Shown here: positions 9,807-19,330 of the stretch, piece after piece
Layout: each line of letters starts with the position of its first letter
Position numbering within the stretch: position 1 is the stretch's first letter
Virus record (IMG/VR): IMGVR_UViG_3300024229_000651
DNA length: 64,000 bases
Reading direction: 5' to 3' (one strand)
Origin: a virus
Lineage: Duplodnaviria; Caudoviricetes
Translations under genes and position numbers: made by a program
The notes under the pieces: model-generated
The model's database searches: none
Told to the model about the DNA's origin: nothing
What the model saw: only the letters and a program-made list of their open reading frames with translations

Positions 9807-11056
9807 AAAAAACTTTCCACTAAAATTGTTTTGGCTTGATCAGGTGAAACTCCCTTTGTCTGCAAATAATATAAAGCAGAATCATCAACATTACTTATGG
9901 TACAACCATGTGCACATTCTATTTCTTTGGTCTTAATATCAAGCTGAGGCCGTGAACGCATTATGCTGCTACTATCTAACATAATATTTTTGTTAAACAT
10001 GTTGCCGCTAAAACCCGTGCCATGTTGATCAACTAGGAATGTCCCTACAAAACTTGTTGTGCTGTGTTCATGTCCTACTGTTCTGATATCAACATCACAC
10101 GAATTATTTGTAGACTTAGTTTCAAAAAATACTTCCGAATGATACTCGTTCCCTTTCCCAATATTATTTCTACCATTTATGTTAACTGTGACATCTTTTG
10201 TGGCATCCACATAAAAATTTTCCACACTGTAATGACTACCTGTATTTTTAACATCAATGTTTAATGTACTACCAGGGTAGCAAATGAACACACTGTCAAA
10301 TATACCCCAAGTGCCGCCTTTTGATAGTGTTTCTCTTTGTAGATTAAGAGTAGCATTTTCTCGTAAAATATAGACCACATAGTTAAGTTGGCCGGCTTGC
10401 AAATCTACTAACTCATTTAAGTTGACTGCGCTGTTTGCCTTGATGTCAATAACATTTGTATTGCTTTCCAATATAGGATCGTCAACAGAATTACAGTACT
10501 CTATTACTACAGGCGAATCGTTTGATTTATTAATTGTAATAACATTAGGAAATACCGTTGATGCTATAGTTAGATCACCAAAACCTTTTGTATTTTCTAG
10601 ATACGTTGTGTATTTGTCGTACTTGTAGTTTCTATTGATGTCGTCGAATAATCTGACTTTGGAAGTTTTCTCATGTAGGTCGTTAGTAGTGAAGGCATTA
10701 CTGTCACAAAAAATAATTGTTTCTTTAGGGCCTGTAGCCAAACGATCAAATCTATTTAACTGCATATTATAATAATCAACAGTATTACCTACGTCTGATG
10801 TATCGAGTATGTCAGTCTTATATATTTTGTTGAGATTAAAATCGCCGAACACTTTGTGCTTTTTGTTGGGGAGACCAGCTCCGGCAAGTCCAGTCAACGC
10901 TGTTGTATAATAATCTGCTTTGGAGTCCCCATAGGAATTAAAATAAAGTTCCGCCCACTTATCATCCGTTAAGTAATTGTATAAGTCCTCAAGCTGATAA
11001 AACTTTTTTGTTGGGGCTTCTTGAAATGTTGTGTGGGCGCATAATCTCTTAAACAC
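9800..11056 (-). CDS. sufD: SufD Fe-S assembly protein
   Basis: SRPQLDI...ECAHGCTISNVDDSALYYLQTKG; beta-helix character; N-terminus divergent. Confidence 0.85.
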   Translation of the reverse strand: MFKRLCAHTTFQEAPTKKFYQLEDLYNYLTDDKWAELYFNSYGDSKADYYTTALTGLAGAGLPNKKHKVFGDFNLNKIYKTDILDTSDVGNTVDYYNMQLNRFDRLATGPKETIIFCDSNAFTTNDLHEKTSKVRLFDDINRNYKYDKYTTYLENTKGFGDLTIASTVFPNVITINKSNDSPVVIEYCNSVDDPILESNTNVIDIKANSAVNLNELVDLQAGQLNYVVYILRENATLNLQRETLSKGGTWGIFDSVFICYPGSTLNIDVKNTGSHYSVENFYVDATKDVTVNINGRNNIGKGNEYHSEVFFETKSTNNSCDVDIRTVGHEHSTTSFVGTFLVDQHGTGFSGNMFNKNIMLDSSSIMRSRPQLDIKTKEIECAHGCTISNVDDSALYYLQTKGVSPDQAKTILVESFLC

Positions 11057-11744
11057 TTTTAAATCCTGATTGGAAAATTTTATCTGCTATTTCAATTCCG
11101 CCCGTTATCGTACCAGTGGGTTGTAGGACAACAACTGTGTCTGGGTTTATACCAGCAATTAGTTTTTCATAGTGTGTTACAACTATGAGAGTTCTATCAG
11201 ATGATTTCCATTTATTCAGCGATTCAATCAAACTGTCGATGCCGTCTACGTCAAGTCCACTATCCGGTTCGTCAAGCATTGCAACACTAACATCAAGCAT
11301 GTTCATTTGAATAAGTTCGTTCTTCTTTTTCTCACCGCCGCTTGCATCTGTGTTAATGCTCTTTCGGTCCCACAAATCTGGTAGTGCGAGTTCTGCGCTC
11401 AACTCTTTAAATTCTTTCAGCTTTGTAACAATATCAGCGCCGCTTAAATCAAGTGCTTGTTTTAGCATCTGGAAGTTACTCAAGCCAGGTATAGGAGTAG
11501 GCGTTTGAAATCCTAAAAATAATCCAGCCTGTGCACGTTCATGGACTTCTTTATCGGATATAATTTCGTTATTGAGTATAACTTCACCTGATACTTCTAT
11601 ATCAGGTCGGCCCATAATTGCGTGGAGTAGTGTGCTCTTTCCAACACCATTACTTCCCATAATTACATAAGTTTTGCCCACTTCAAAGGAAAGCGATATA
11701 TCCTTTAAAACATTGTTAACATTTAACTTTTTAATTTCTAACAT
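11049..11744 (-). CDS. sufC: SufC ABC-type ATPase
   Basis: GSNGVGKST Walker A, LFLGFQTP, SGGEKKKNE, LDEPDSGLD. Confidence 0.93.
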   Translation of the reverse strand: MLEIKKLNVNNVLKDISLSFEVGKTYVIMGSNGVGKSTLLHAIMGRPDIEVSGEVILNNEIISDKEVHERAQAGLFLGFQTPTPIPGLSNFQMLKQALDLSGADIVTKLKEFKELSAELALPDLWDRKSINTDASGGEKKKNELIQMNMLDVSVAMLDEPDSGLDVDGIDSLIESLNKWKSSDRTLIVVTHYEKLIAGINPDTVVVLQPTGTITGGIEIADKIFQSGFKSV

Positions 11745-11750
11745 GTGTGT

Positions 11751-11779
11751 ATTATACCTGATGTGTTGTGTTTTGTCAA
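11751..11779 (-). promoter_or_regulatory. Consensus sigma70 promoter for sufCDS-T
   Basis: TTGACA-N17-TATAAT; ATG of sufC is 7 nt downstream and has no SD. Confidence 0.85.
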
Positions 11780-11786
11780 TAATTAT

Positions 11787-12044
11787 TTAGACTTCTTTGC
11801 GTACAGATTTGCTATACTTGTACATACTTGTGCCGTGTTCTAGTTTAAATATATAACTTTTTTGCCAGCAGTCTAATTGTATAGGTGTCATTCGACCTTT
11901 ACATTCTTTAATGTTTTCCTGCTTCCATTCGGCTGTTGTATCAGGATCCTTCCACTTTAGTTTTTCTAATACTGTTCTTCCACAACCCTGACATTGATTG
12001 GTATATTTGTCGTGCATGCACAAACTAATACAAGGACTGATCAC
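11787..12044 (-). CDS. DUF1289-family Cys-rich protein
   Basis: SPCISLC...CQGCGRT..E..W pattern. Confidence 0.8.
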   Translation of the reverse strand: MISPCISLCMHDKYTNQCQGCGRTVLEKLKWKDPDTTAEWKQENIKECKGRMTPIQLDCWQKSYIFKLEHGTSMYKYSKSVRKEV

Positions 12045-13492
12045 CCCACAGCACCTTCCATTGTAACGCTCAATAATTGGTTTGCTTCAGCAGCAAACTC
12101 TAGTGGCAAGTGTTGGAATACATCCTTACAAAATCCGCTGACAACAAGGTTAAGTGCATCGTCTTCAGCAAACCCTCTACTCTGTAAGTAATACATTTGT
12201 TCTTCGCTGATCTTGCCGGCGCTTGCTTCATGCTCGACTTTTGCAGTACTGTTTGTAGAGCTGACATATGGTATTGTGAGTGCTCTACTGTTCTGCATCA
12301 TCAAGCTGTCACATTTAGTGAAGTTACTAGCATTGTCAGCCTTACCGTTAATTTTTACCATGCCTCTGTAAGTACTAGTACTATCACCAAAACTTATACC
12401 TTTAGCGATAATTGTGCTTTTAGTATCTTTACCAACATGAATCATTTTACTGCCAGTGTCTGCTTGTTGTTTGCCTTTAGTAACAGCAACACTAAAAAAC
12501 TCGCCCACACTGTTATCGCCTTTAAGAATACAACTTGGATACTTCCATGTTACTGCTGAGCCAGTCTCAACTTGAGTCCATGATACTTTACTGCTCTCAC
12601 CTTCGCATAAGGCTCGTTTGGTAACAAAGTTATATACACCACCTACACCGTTCTCATCGCCTGGATACCAATTTTGTACTGTACTGTATTTGATCTCTGC
12701 TCTGTCTAGTGTTACAAGCTCCACAACTGCCGCATGCAGGGTGTTCTCATCGTATGCAGGCGCTGTACAACCTTCTAAGTAACTTACATAACTATCATCG
12801 TCTGCGATAATAAGTGTGCGTTCAAACTGCCCTGTATTACGAGCATTTATTCTAAAGTATGTGTTAAGTTCCATTGGGCATCTAACACCCTTTGGGATAT
12901 AGCAAAATGTGCCGTCGGAAAACACTGCACTATTCAAGCATGAAAAATAGTTATCGCTGTATGAGACAACACTGCCTAAATATTTTTGTACAAGTTCGGG
13001 ATGTTCCTTTACTGCTTCACTAATACTACAAAAAATAATTCCGTCTTTTTCTAGCTCTGCTTTAAAAGTAGTGGCAACACTGACAGAATCAAAAACAGCA
13101 TCAATTGCCACAGTTGGGATAATCCTATCGTCATTCTCACTCTCAATTCCAAGCAGTGCATCACGTTCATGCAGTGGGACACCCAACTTGTCGAATGTGT
13201 CCAATATTTCCTGAGGTATTTCATCTTTGTTTCTTATTTTAGGCGCCGAATAGAAACTCATTGCCTGATAGTCTGGTCTGTCATAATTTAACTCTGACCA
13301 GTCCGGTTCTGATAACTGTTGCCATCTCTTGAAGGCTTTGAGTCTAAAGTTTAAGAGCCATTCTGGTTCATCCTTCATTTGGCTCAGTCTACGAACGATG
13401 TTTTCATCTAAACCCGGTTCAAAGTCTTCGCTTTCAATTTCAGTACGAAAGCCTTCCTTGTATTGTGTAGTTTCTATTGTGTCAGCTTTCAT
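12041..13492 (-). CDS. sufB: SufB Fe-S scaffold
   Basis: [62 protein letters not shown]; uninterrupted 483 aa. Confidence 0.96.
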   Translation of the reverse strand: MKADTIETTQYKEGFRTEIESEDFEPGLDENIVRRLSQMKDEPEWLLNFRLKAFKRWQQLSEPDWSELNYDRPDYQAMSFYSAPKIRNKDEIPQEILDTFDKLGVPLHERDALLGIESENDDRIIPTVAIDAVFDSVSVATTFKAELEKDGIIFCSISEAVKEHPELVQKYLGSVVSYSDNYFSCLNSAVFSDGTFCYIPKGVRCPMELNTYFRINARNTGQFERTLIIADDDSYVSYLEGCTAPAYDENTLHAAVVELVTLDRAEIKYSTVQNWYPGDENGVGGVYNFVTKRALCEGESSKVSWTQVETGSAVTWKYPSCILKGDNSVGEFFSVAVTKGKQQADTGSKMIHVGKDTKSTIIAKGISFGDSTSTYRGMVKINGKADNASNFTKCDSLMMQNSRALTIPYVSSTNSTAKVEHEASAGKISEEQMYYLQSRGFAEDDALNLVVSGFCKDVFQHLPLEFAAEANQLLSVTMEGAVG

Positions 13493-13788
13493 TCGATTCG
13501 TTCAAAGTTAACTTTAAGTGGGTGTCCGGCCATTCTGGCAAGTGTAGTGGCTTCGGTCGTTTTCTGTTCAGCTATCTCATGATTGTAGGTTCCAGCGACA
13601 GCCGAGTCCTCACTATGTATCCGCATAGTTACATCTTGTGCCGTTTCCAATGAGGTGTTGAACACATCGATAAGCATCTGTATTACAAACGCCATTGGTG
13701 TAAAATCATCATTGTACACAATCACATTGAACCTGGGCGGGTAAGATAACCTTGTTTCTGTGTGTGTTTTTACTTGTGCGTTAGCCAT
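13489..13788 (-). CDS. clpS: ClpS N-end-rule adaptor
   Basis: [20 protein letters not shown]...MRIH. Confidence 0.92.
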   Translation of the reverse strand: MANAQVKTHTETRLSYPPRFNVIVYNDDFTPMAFVIQMLIDVFNTSLETAQDVTMRIHSEDSAVAGTYNHEIAEQKTTEATTLARMAGHPLKVNFERIE

Positions 13789-13836
13789 TTAATACTGTCC
13801 AGTTAGTAGGGGAGGTATTCCTCCCCTGGGTTTTAT

Positions 13837-14274
13837 TTAAGATATTTTAATTTTTTGGGGTTTCATTGCATCAGGAATGTGCCTGACTAATGTTACTCTC
13901 AAAATGCCATCTTCTAATTTAGCACTATCAACTTCAACATACTCTGCAAGTTTGAATGTTCTCACAAAGTTGCGTTCTGCAATACCTTTGTGTAGGAACT
14001 CTCTGCCGTCTTGGTCTAACACCTGTGAGTTACCTGTTATTTTTAATGTACCATCTTCCAACTCGATGTCGATATCACTACGCTTAAATCCTGCTAGGGC
14101 AAGAGTAATCTCATAAACATCGTTATCGTCTTTGGAAATGTTGTACGGAGGGTATCCAGTCACATTTGCGAATGCAGGTTCGTTGAAGAATTCATTCATA
14201 ACTCTATCGAAGCCAACGCTGGCTCTGAATAGAGGGTTTAGGGTTTCGGTTGTCAATCTGAATTGCTTTGTCAT
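13837..14274 (-). CDS. Small heat shock protein Hsp20/IbpA
   Basis: GYPPYNI, LALAGF, LHKGIAERNF, AKLEDGIL. Confidence 0.93.
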   Translation of the reverse strand: MTKQFRLTTETLNPLFRASVGFDRVMNEFFNEPAFANVTGYPPYNISKDDNDVYEITLALAGFKRSDIDIELEDGTLKITGNSQVLDQDGREFLHKGIAERNFVRTFKLAEYVEVDSAKLEDGILRVTLVRHIPDAMKPQKIKIS

Positions 14275-14350
14275 AATAATCTCCTTTATAAAGCAAGTTA
14301 TTTTTGTAACAGTATCAAATACCCATATCTGGCGTATTGTTTGTTACACA
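14275..14350 (-). promoter_or_regulatory. ROSE-like RNA thermometer 5' UTR of hsp20
   Basis: SD hairpin CUU-G-CUU-UAUA-AAG-GAG contains UUGCU; upstream hairpin UGUAACA/UGUUACA; ATAAATA box at 14353-14359. Confidence 0.65.
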
Positions 14351-14368
14351 TCTATTTATCCATTATAA

Positions 14369-14785
14369 TTAACTAGAAAATAAATTGTTGAAACTTTCTT
14401 CTAATGATCTAACCGGGAGCCTATCATAAAACTTTAATTTAAACAACATAACATCTTCCTCAGTCCAAGCTCGCCCATCAGGCTTTGCTACAACATTAAG
14501 GTACATAGTTGAATAGTCTGGTGAGTTCGAATCGTCCTCCCAACTGTTCCCCCACGACATCATAATTTTGTAATCCATCTTTGCGTCATTGAAGAATTTG
14601 ACAAAAGGCTGTATCACATTGTGTACAGCCATTTCATTTATCCATTCGTAATCAGCATCATCAGAAACAGGTGCACTAACAAGCAGTATAGAATCTACTG
14701 TTTCATTGTGCACATTTTTCTGTAAGAAGTTATCAATTTCCTTTGGCACCGAGATAATCCTTTTCTTTACTAGTCTTGATTGCAT
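14369..14785 (-). CDS. Hypothetical protein
   Basis: 138-aa ORF in operon. Confidence 0.6.
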   Translation of the reverse strand: MQSRLVKKRIISVPKEIDNFLQKNVHNETVDSILLVSAPVSDDADYEWINEMAVHNVIQPFVKFFNDAKMDYKIMMSWGNSWEDDSNSPDYSTMYLNVVAKPDGRAWTEEDVMLFKLKFYDRLPVRSLEESFNNLFSS

Positions 14786-15185
14786 GACATCTACAGCACA
14801 AAGTTTGAATGTTATCCTTGGTGTTTGATCCGCCTCGGCTTTTCAATTCAATATGATCTCCGTGCATCACACTACGCATACATCGAAGTTTGTGAAATTC
14901 ATCTTCAATATCGTCAAACTGAGGATCTTTGCGTGGATCGTAGCCGCATGCCTCGCATACCCACCCTCGATAGAATGTATGAGGGCGTTCAGGTTTACCC
15001 ATCCCGCCGTATTCAGTGCACTCAAGTTGATGATGTCTGCAAAGTATTTTGCTACCCGGTCCTTCGTAGTTGCTGAGAGGACTATCGCAGTCCTCTAGCA
15101 TACAGGTTGAATTAACACGAGTTTCTTTGAGATACTGGGTCGTGCTTTTAACTTTATCGTTATCGGGATCTCTAAGCATTTCCAA
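14733..15185 (-). CDS. HNH endonuclease
   Basis: CEAC...GDHIELKSRGGSNTKDNIQTLCCRCH. Confidence 0.85.
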   Translation of the reverse strand: MEMLRDPDNDKVKSTTQYLKETRVNSTCMLEDCDSPLSNYEGPGSKILCRHHQLECTEYGGMGKPERPHTFYRGWVCEACGYDPRKDPQFDDIEDEFHKLRCMRSVMHGDHIELKSRGGSNTKDNIQTLCCRCHAIKTSKEKDYLGAKGN

Positions 15186-15194
15186 CTCCTATCC

Positions 15195-16340
15195 TTACCA
15201 AAGATCTGCTGAGTTAACAGCAAAGCCATTATTAGGTATATAAGAAGGAGTTTTAAGTTTAGTACTCTTCTTAAGTTGTGCAATAAGGAACGGAATGCCT
15301 GTGCGCATCTCTGTACTAAATCCTTTCAAACCAAATTCTTCATAGCTTTCAGGGTTAGCTTTAGCATACCAATTTGTGTAGGCCATTTTTACTTTGTTCC
15401 AGAACATGCCGCTTTCACCGAAGTTGGCTTCGAAATATTCTTTAGTAAATTCAGCAAACTCTCGAAGATACTTGCTATCAACATTAATACCCTGTTCATA
15501 GCACAAGTTAAAGTACTCGTATAATTGTCTAGCTTCCTTAGCTTGCACCGGGCGGCTTGTATTCAAGTAACTCCAGTATTCTGCAAACATTCTAGTAACT
15601 TCTGGACGTTTTGCTTTACTTAGATTTTTACTCATAATTGTATCAGCAAGCAATGTAAATGCACCAGGTTTATCGTCATCGCCGAATTTGTTGCCGGTAG
15701 CAAATAACTTTACTTTTGCAAAATGCTGTTGTTTAAGATCTGCATCAAGCCAATCTTGGTCAGTAGCACCGTCTGTGCGTACACCGTGTACCATTTGCTT
15801 GAAGATGTCAATAAAATCTAGCGGCGCTTTGGCCTCACCATTAAGTTTAATAAAGTTTCGTCTAATTTCTAATTTATGTTTAGTGGGGTAAACATTTACT
15901 GGAATAGTAAAGTTTTTAGGCAGAACACCAAAAACCATTGTGCACAAAATATATAGAACGATTGCAGTATGTTGGCCATCCCATGCAATATATTTTCCAG
16001 GCTGTTCTGGGTCCTCATATACCTGAATAGGCATTACCATGGTGTTTTTAAAACCAGATATGATTTCAGTTATATGCTTAAAGTTTACTTGTCGCTGCAT
16101 TGTTGTGTCGATCAATATTTGATCTAGGGTTGCATTAACTCCTTTACACAATTCTATGTCAGTGATGGTTTTGAATTGAGGCTGGCGCCGTTTGAATTCA
16201 TCTACAGTGCCGGTGAGCATATTTCTGAAAGCAGAATGCAACGACAGTGATTGTTCTAAACGGTCTTGTAGGGAAACAAAATTACTTTCAGTATTACTAA
16301 ACTGTTCATTAATTTTGTCAGCATGGTCTAAAGTAGTCAT
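15195..16340 (-). CDS. ParB/DGQHR-like domain protein
   Basis: TMQRQVN...YIAWDGQHT in the N-terminal half. Confidence 0.55.
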   Translation of the reverse strand: MTTLDHADKINEQFSNTESNFVSLQDRLEQSLSLHSAFRNMLTGTVDEFKRRQPQFKTITDIELCKGVNATLDQILIDTTMQRQVNFKHITEIISGFKNTMVMPIQVYEDPEQPGKYIAWDGQHTAIVLYILCTMVFGVLPKNFTIPVNVYPTKHKLEIRRNFIKLNGEAKAPLDFIDIFKQMVHGVRTDGATDQDWLDADLKQQHFAKVKLFATGNKFGDDDKPGAFTLLADTIMSKNLSKAKRPEVTRMFAEYWSYLNTSRPVQAKEARQLYEYFNLCYEQGINVDSKYLREFAEFTKEYFEANFGESGMFWNKVKMAYTNWYAKANPESYEEFGLKGFSTEMRTGIPFLIAQLKKSTKLKTPSYIPNNGFAVNSADLW

Positions 16341-16423
16341 ATTATATCTCCTAGCCTATTTCTGAGGCGGATTGTTAAAGTTAAGTATTGTGAAAGTGAC
16401 TAAACTTTGCACAACACGAGCAT

Positions 16424-16452
16424 ATAGTACTATCACTATATTCTGTTGTCAA
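16424..16452 (-). promoter_or_regulatory. Sigma70-type promoter TTGACA-17-TACTAT
   Basis: aaaaacggTTGACA-N17-TACTAT about 85 nt upstream of the 16340 start. Confidence 0.7.
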
Positions 16453-16631
16453 CCGTTTTTGGGATCTTGTGCTTGCTCCTTTCTCAGTTGCTCTTCTTCT
16501 TTGCTAGGAAGAGTCTGTTGCTGTTGGGGTTGACGCTTTCCAAAGATGCGGTCGTAATTATCCGAATACGCTTTTTGGTTAGAACCTTTTCTGAGGCGAT
16601 CTCCCTTGCCGCCGTGCCACTTGTCTGTCAT
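16449..16631 (-). CDS. Small hypothetical protein typical of T4-like phages
   Basis: HGGKGDR.R...AYSDNYDRIF; ATGA overlap. Confidence 0.65.
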   Translation of the reverse strand: MTDKWHGGKGDRLRKGSNQKAYSDNYDRIFGKRQPQQQQTLPSKEEEQLRKEQAQDPKNG

Positions 16632-16900
16632 TGTGAATACCTCGCAACACGAACAAGCAATGCATCCATTGACGGGTCGTTGAAGTAAGCAGTCGGGCCA
16701 GGAAAGTCTCTAGTCAACAGCATGTCGCCTTTGTGATACAGAGCCATTGTCCATAGCCCTGAATAAGATTTTTCAGGCTTCTTACGCTTGTCCCGTTCAG
16801 CAACAACAGTGTAGCCGTTACTAAAATCGTATTGATGCCGGATAAGGTTTCCAACATCCTCAACAATCTTTTTGTCCAGCAGAGGATAATCTTCCGTCAT
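16628..16900 (-). CDS. Hypothetical protein
   Basis: ATGA-coupled ORF with SD. Confidence 0.6.
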   Translation of the reverse strand: MTEDYPLLDKKIVEDVGNLIRHQYDFSNGYTVVAERDKRKKPEKSYSGLWTMALYHKGDMLLTRDFPGPTAYFNDPSMDALLVRVARYSQ

Positions 16901-17334
16901 CGTGCCATCCTAGAAATTTCTTCAGCATGCTTCTGATCAATAACTGGCACAGCATTACTCTTGTGCATGGTAGCAATACCTTTGACCAGTGTACCAGTAT
17001 ACTTCTGCGGCTCTACTTTACGACAACTTCCCGTGTCAATAGAACCCATTGGTACACTAGGATACTTTTCTCTGTGGTCGTCTCTGCGCCAAGCTGGTGG
17101 AGTAGAAGGTGCAGCCGTCACAAACTTCTTCTTGTCAATTTTGTTACGACCGAAGCAGTAATCAAGATAGTCGTCGAACGACTCGTAACGCATGTCATGC
17201 ATACCATTGCGCTTCATTTCTTTGTTGTGCTTGTGCCAACTTTCACGAAGCTCTGCGGTACGTGCTTTGGTTAACTTGACCTCACGCTTTTTTGTACTGA
17301 TGGTGCTGAGGCCTTGTGCAAGATGCATTGTCAT
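16897..17334 (-). CDS. Conserved T4-like phage hypothetical protein
   Basis: YTGTLVKGIATMHKSNAVPV C-terminal motif. Confidence 0.7.
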   Translation of the reverse strand: MTMHLAQGLSTISTKKREVKLTKARTAELRESWHKHNKEMKRNGMHDMRYESFDDYLDYCFGRNKIDKKKFVTAAPSTPPAWRRDDHREKYPSVPMGSIDTGSCRKVEPQKYTGTLVKGIATMHKSNAVPVIDQKHAEEISRMAR

Positions 17335-17336
17335 AA

Positions 17337-17588
17337 CTATGATCCTGTTGAGATTTCAACGTCGAGATCAGGGTTAGCAGAAATAAACTGATCTGCAAGA
17401 AAATGGAACTCATCGTAATGTGCCTTTGTGCTTTCATTAGACATGACACCGCGTGAACCAGCCATATCACTGTACACGTCAGCATCAACAAAATTCCAGT
17501 TGATTGTACCATCAACATTGATGTTCTCGCTGAGTGTTACAGCCTTGTTAAATGCACGGGCCATCTTGTTTGATACGTTCATAAGCAT
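17337..17588 (-). CDS. Hypothetical protein
   Basis: Likely start MLMNVS at 17588 with GAGAG SD; first gene after a promoter. Confidence 0.6.
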   Translation of the reverse strand: MLMNVSNKMARAFNKAVTLSENINVDGTINWNFVDADVYSDMAGSRGVMSNESTKAHYDEFHFLADQFISANPDLDVEISTGS

Positions 17589-17614
17589 TACTCTCTTTGT
17601 TAACAATATATACT

Positions 17615-17642
17615 ATTATACGGATTCTAGAGCCAAAGTCAA
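17615..17642 (-). promoter_or_regulatory. Promoter TTGACT-16-TATAAT
   Basis: aaaaaggTTGACTt...gTATAATagta; near-identical flanks to 18396..18423. Confidence 0.7.
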
Positions 17643-17749
17643 CCTTTTTCTGCCAGAAATATTGGTATATAAGTGCTTGATTTATAGCATGTTTTAAGTA
17701 CATATACCAGCTGAAATAAGTAATTATTAACAGACAAGAGGTATTTTTC

Positions 17750-17998
17750 ATGGATTTAGCTGGTAATAACGATGGGAAAATAATCACCATCACTGATTTG
17801 CTACAAGACAAGGAAACTAAACAGAAAGAACTGGACTATTACGAAATGTGTTTAAAGGATTTGGTAATGAAGATGCAGTTGGTAAGGAATCAAATAGGCG
17901 TCACCGAAACTATCATTAATATGATAAAAACAGAAAACGATAAGTTATTTGAGGACTTCATAGCTGCTAAGGATAAAGCAAGAATTTTAGACCTATAA
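17750..17998 (+). CDS. Hypothetical coiled-coil protein
   Basis: GAGG SD; ends at a bidirectional hairpin. Confidence 0.65.
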   Translation: MDLAGNNDGKIITITDLLQDKETKQKELDYYEMCLKDLVMKMQLVRNQIGVTETIINMIKTENDKLFEDFIAAKDKARILDL

Positions 17999-18001
17999 AA
18001 A

Positions 18002-18025
18002 GAAAGGGGACCGGAGTCCCCTTTC
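18002..18025. terminator. Hairpin between convergent genes
   Basis: GAAAGGGGAC-CGGA-GTCCCCTTTC. Confidence 0.75.
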
Positions 18026-18054
18026 CATATCTTAGAAATGTCAATATCTAAAGA

Positions 18055-18336
18055 TTATACCGCGGTGTTAGCAGCAGCCAATGCACGGTAGCCAGCAGCC
18101 ACAATCTCGCGGCTAGGAGTACCTAGTCGATAGAAAGTCTTGGTGCGACCTTTAGTGTCAGTGTTCTGATTTGCATAGATTGCAAAACCCTTCATGCGAA
18201 GTGCTGACACAGTCGAACGTGCATTACCCACGCCAAAACGTGCTTCGATTTGCGCAGCAGTCAAGCCGCGGTTAGTGCTCTGCAGTGCTTCAAGAACTCG
18301 GTCTTGCTTAGATACAGTGTTGTTTACAATAGACAT
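18055..18336 (-). CDS. Winged helix-turn-helix DNA-binding protein
   Basis: RVLEAL...LTAAQIEARFGVGNARSTVSALRMKGFAIY; AAGGAG SD. Confidence 0.75.
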   Translation of the reverse strand: MSIVNNTVSKQDRVLEALQSTNRGLTAAQIEARFGVGNARSTVSALRMKGFAIYANQNTDTKGRTKTFYRLGTPSREIVAAGYRALAAANTAV

Positions 18337-18395
18337 AATGTCTCCTTTTTACCTTAGGTTCTCATGTACCGCCCATCGGCACACAAGTTTGTACT

Positions 18396-18423
18396 ATTAT
18401 ACTGATTTTAAAACTGAAGTCAA
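18396..18423 (-). promoter_or_regulatory. Promoter TTGACT-16-TATAAT
   Basis: aaaaaggTTGACTt...gTATAATagta. Confidence 0.7.
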
Positions 18424-18445
18424 CCTTTTTTTAATAAATATTTGC

Positions 18446-19330
18446 ATGACAACAAATACTCTCGTAATTGGGGGCTCTGGCTATATAGGTAGCGCACTTT
18501 GCCCTCAATTGAACACTTACTACACAAACATGGATTTACACTGGTTCGGTGGACCTAGCCCCAACCTAAAAATGGACTTCGGGGATATAACTCAGGGATT
18601 TTTAAAAAACTATGACACCATTGTTCTACTTGCAGGACATAGCAGTGTTGCAATGTGCGATCACAGTTTGCTCGGGTCTTGGAAGAATAATGTTACTAAT
18701 TTTATAAATTTGCTTGAATGCATGGGGGATGATCAAGTTCTCATATATGCAAGTAGCGGCAGTGTGTATGGCAGTAATAATGATACACTATGTTACGAGT
18801 CTATGGATTTACCGTTAGAAAGTAAAAATTATGATTTTACAAAAAAAGCGATTGAGAAGATCGCAATGAAATCTGATAGGAACACAGTAGGACTTAGATT
18901 CGGCACTCTAAATGGATGGTCACCTAATACTAGAACGGACTTAATGATTAACCAAATGGTCCTAACAGCTAAAACATCTAACGGTATAGCACTGACTTCT
19001 GTGGAAAACTATAGAAGCATTTTGGGTATTAACGATTGTGTTAATGCGATCAATGCTATTATAGAGAATCCGAAACAAGGCAATTACATATACAACCTTT
19101 CAAGTCTTAGCGGCAATGTTAGATCATTTGGCACTGCTGTAAAGAATTCATTAAACTGTAATCTGACCATTCACGATGAAGAAACAAGTAGATTCAGTTT
19201 TCAACTGGATAACTCCAGGTTTATAGAAGACTACAATTTTGTATACCTCGATACGTTACAATCGCTGATTGAAGATCTTGCATTAAACAGCTACAGTCAT
19301 AATCATAGGAGAGATGCAATTGACTACTAA
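18446..19330 (+). CDS. NAD-dependent epimerase/dehydratase
   Basis: GGSGYIG, ASSGSVYG, YDFTK (YxxxK), LRFGT; real start likely 18446, 5 nt after TAAATA. Confidence 0.85.
   Translation: MTTNTLVIGGSGYIGSALCPQLNTYYTNMDLHWFGGPSPNLKMDFGDITQGFLKNYDTIVLLAGHSSVAMCDHSLLGSWKNNVTNFINLLECMGDDQVLIYASSGSVYGSNNDTLCYESMDLPLESKNYDFTKKAIEKIAMKSDRNTVGLRFGTLNGWSPNTRTDLMINQMVLTAKTSNGIALTSVENYRSILGINDCVNAINAIIENPKQGNYIYNLSSLSGNVRSFGTAVKNSLNCNLTIHDEETSRFSFQLDNSRFIEDYNFVYLDTLQSLIEDLALNSYSHNHRRDAIDY

Noticed and set aside
8284-13788. Bacterial chromosome origin for the suf-clpS block
   Set aside because: It is seamlessly embedded among phage-type genes, with the same promoter motifs, base composition and gene overlaps as the rest of the window.
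13808-13827. GC hairpin between hsp20 and clpS as a terminator
   Set aside because: There is no U-tract on the minus (sense) strand; it may be a stabilising or processing hairpin, so it is not called.
14733-15185. Mobile homing endonuclease element
   Set aside because: No intron or target-gene insertion context is visible; left as a plain HNH CDS.
18194-18445. N-terminal 84 aa of the track ORF 18194..19330
   Set aside because: It overlaps the antisense HTH gene and its promoter; the Rossmann motif starts right after ATG 18446.
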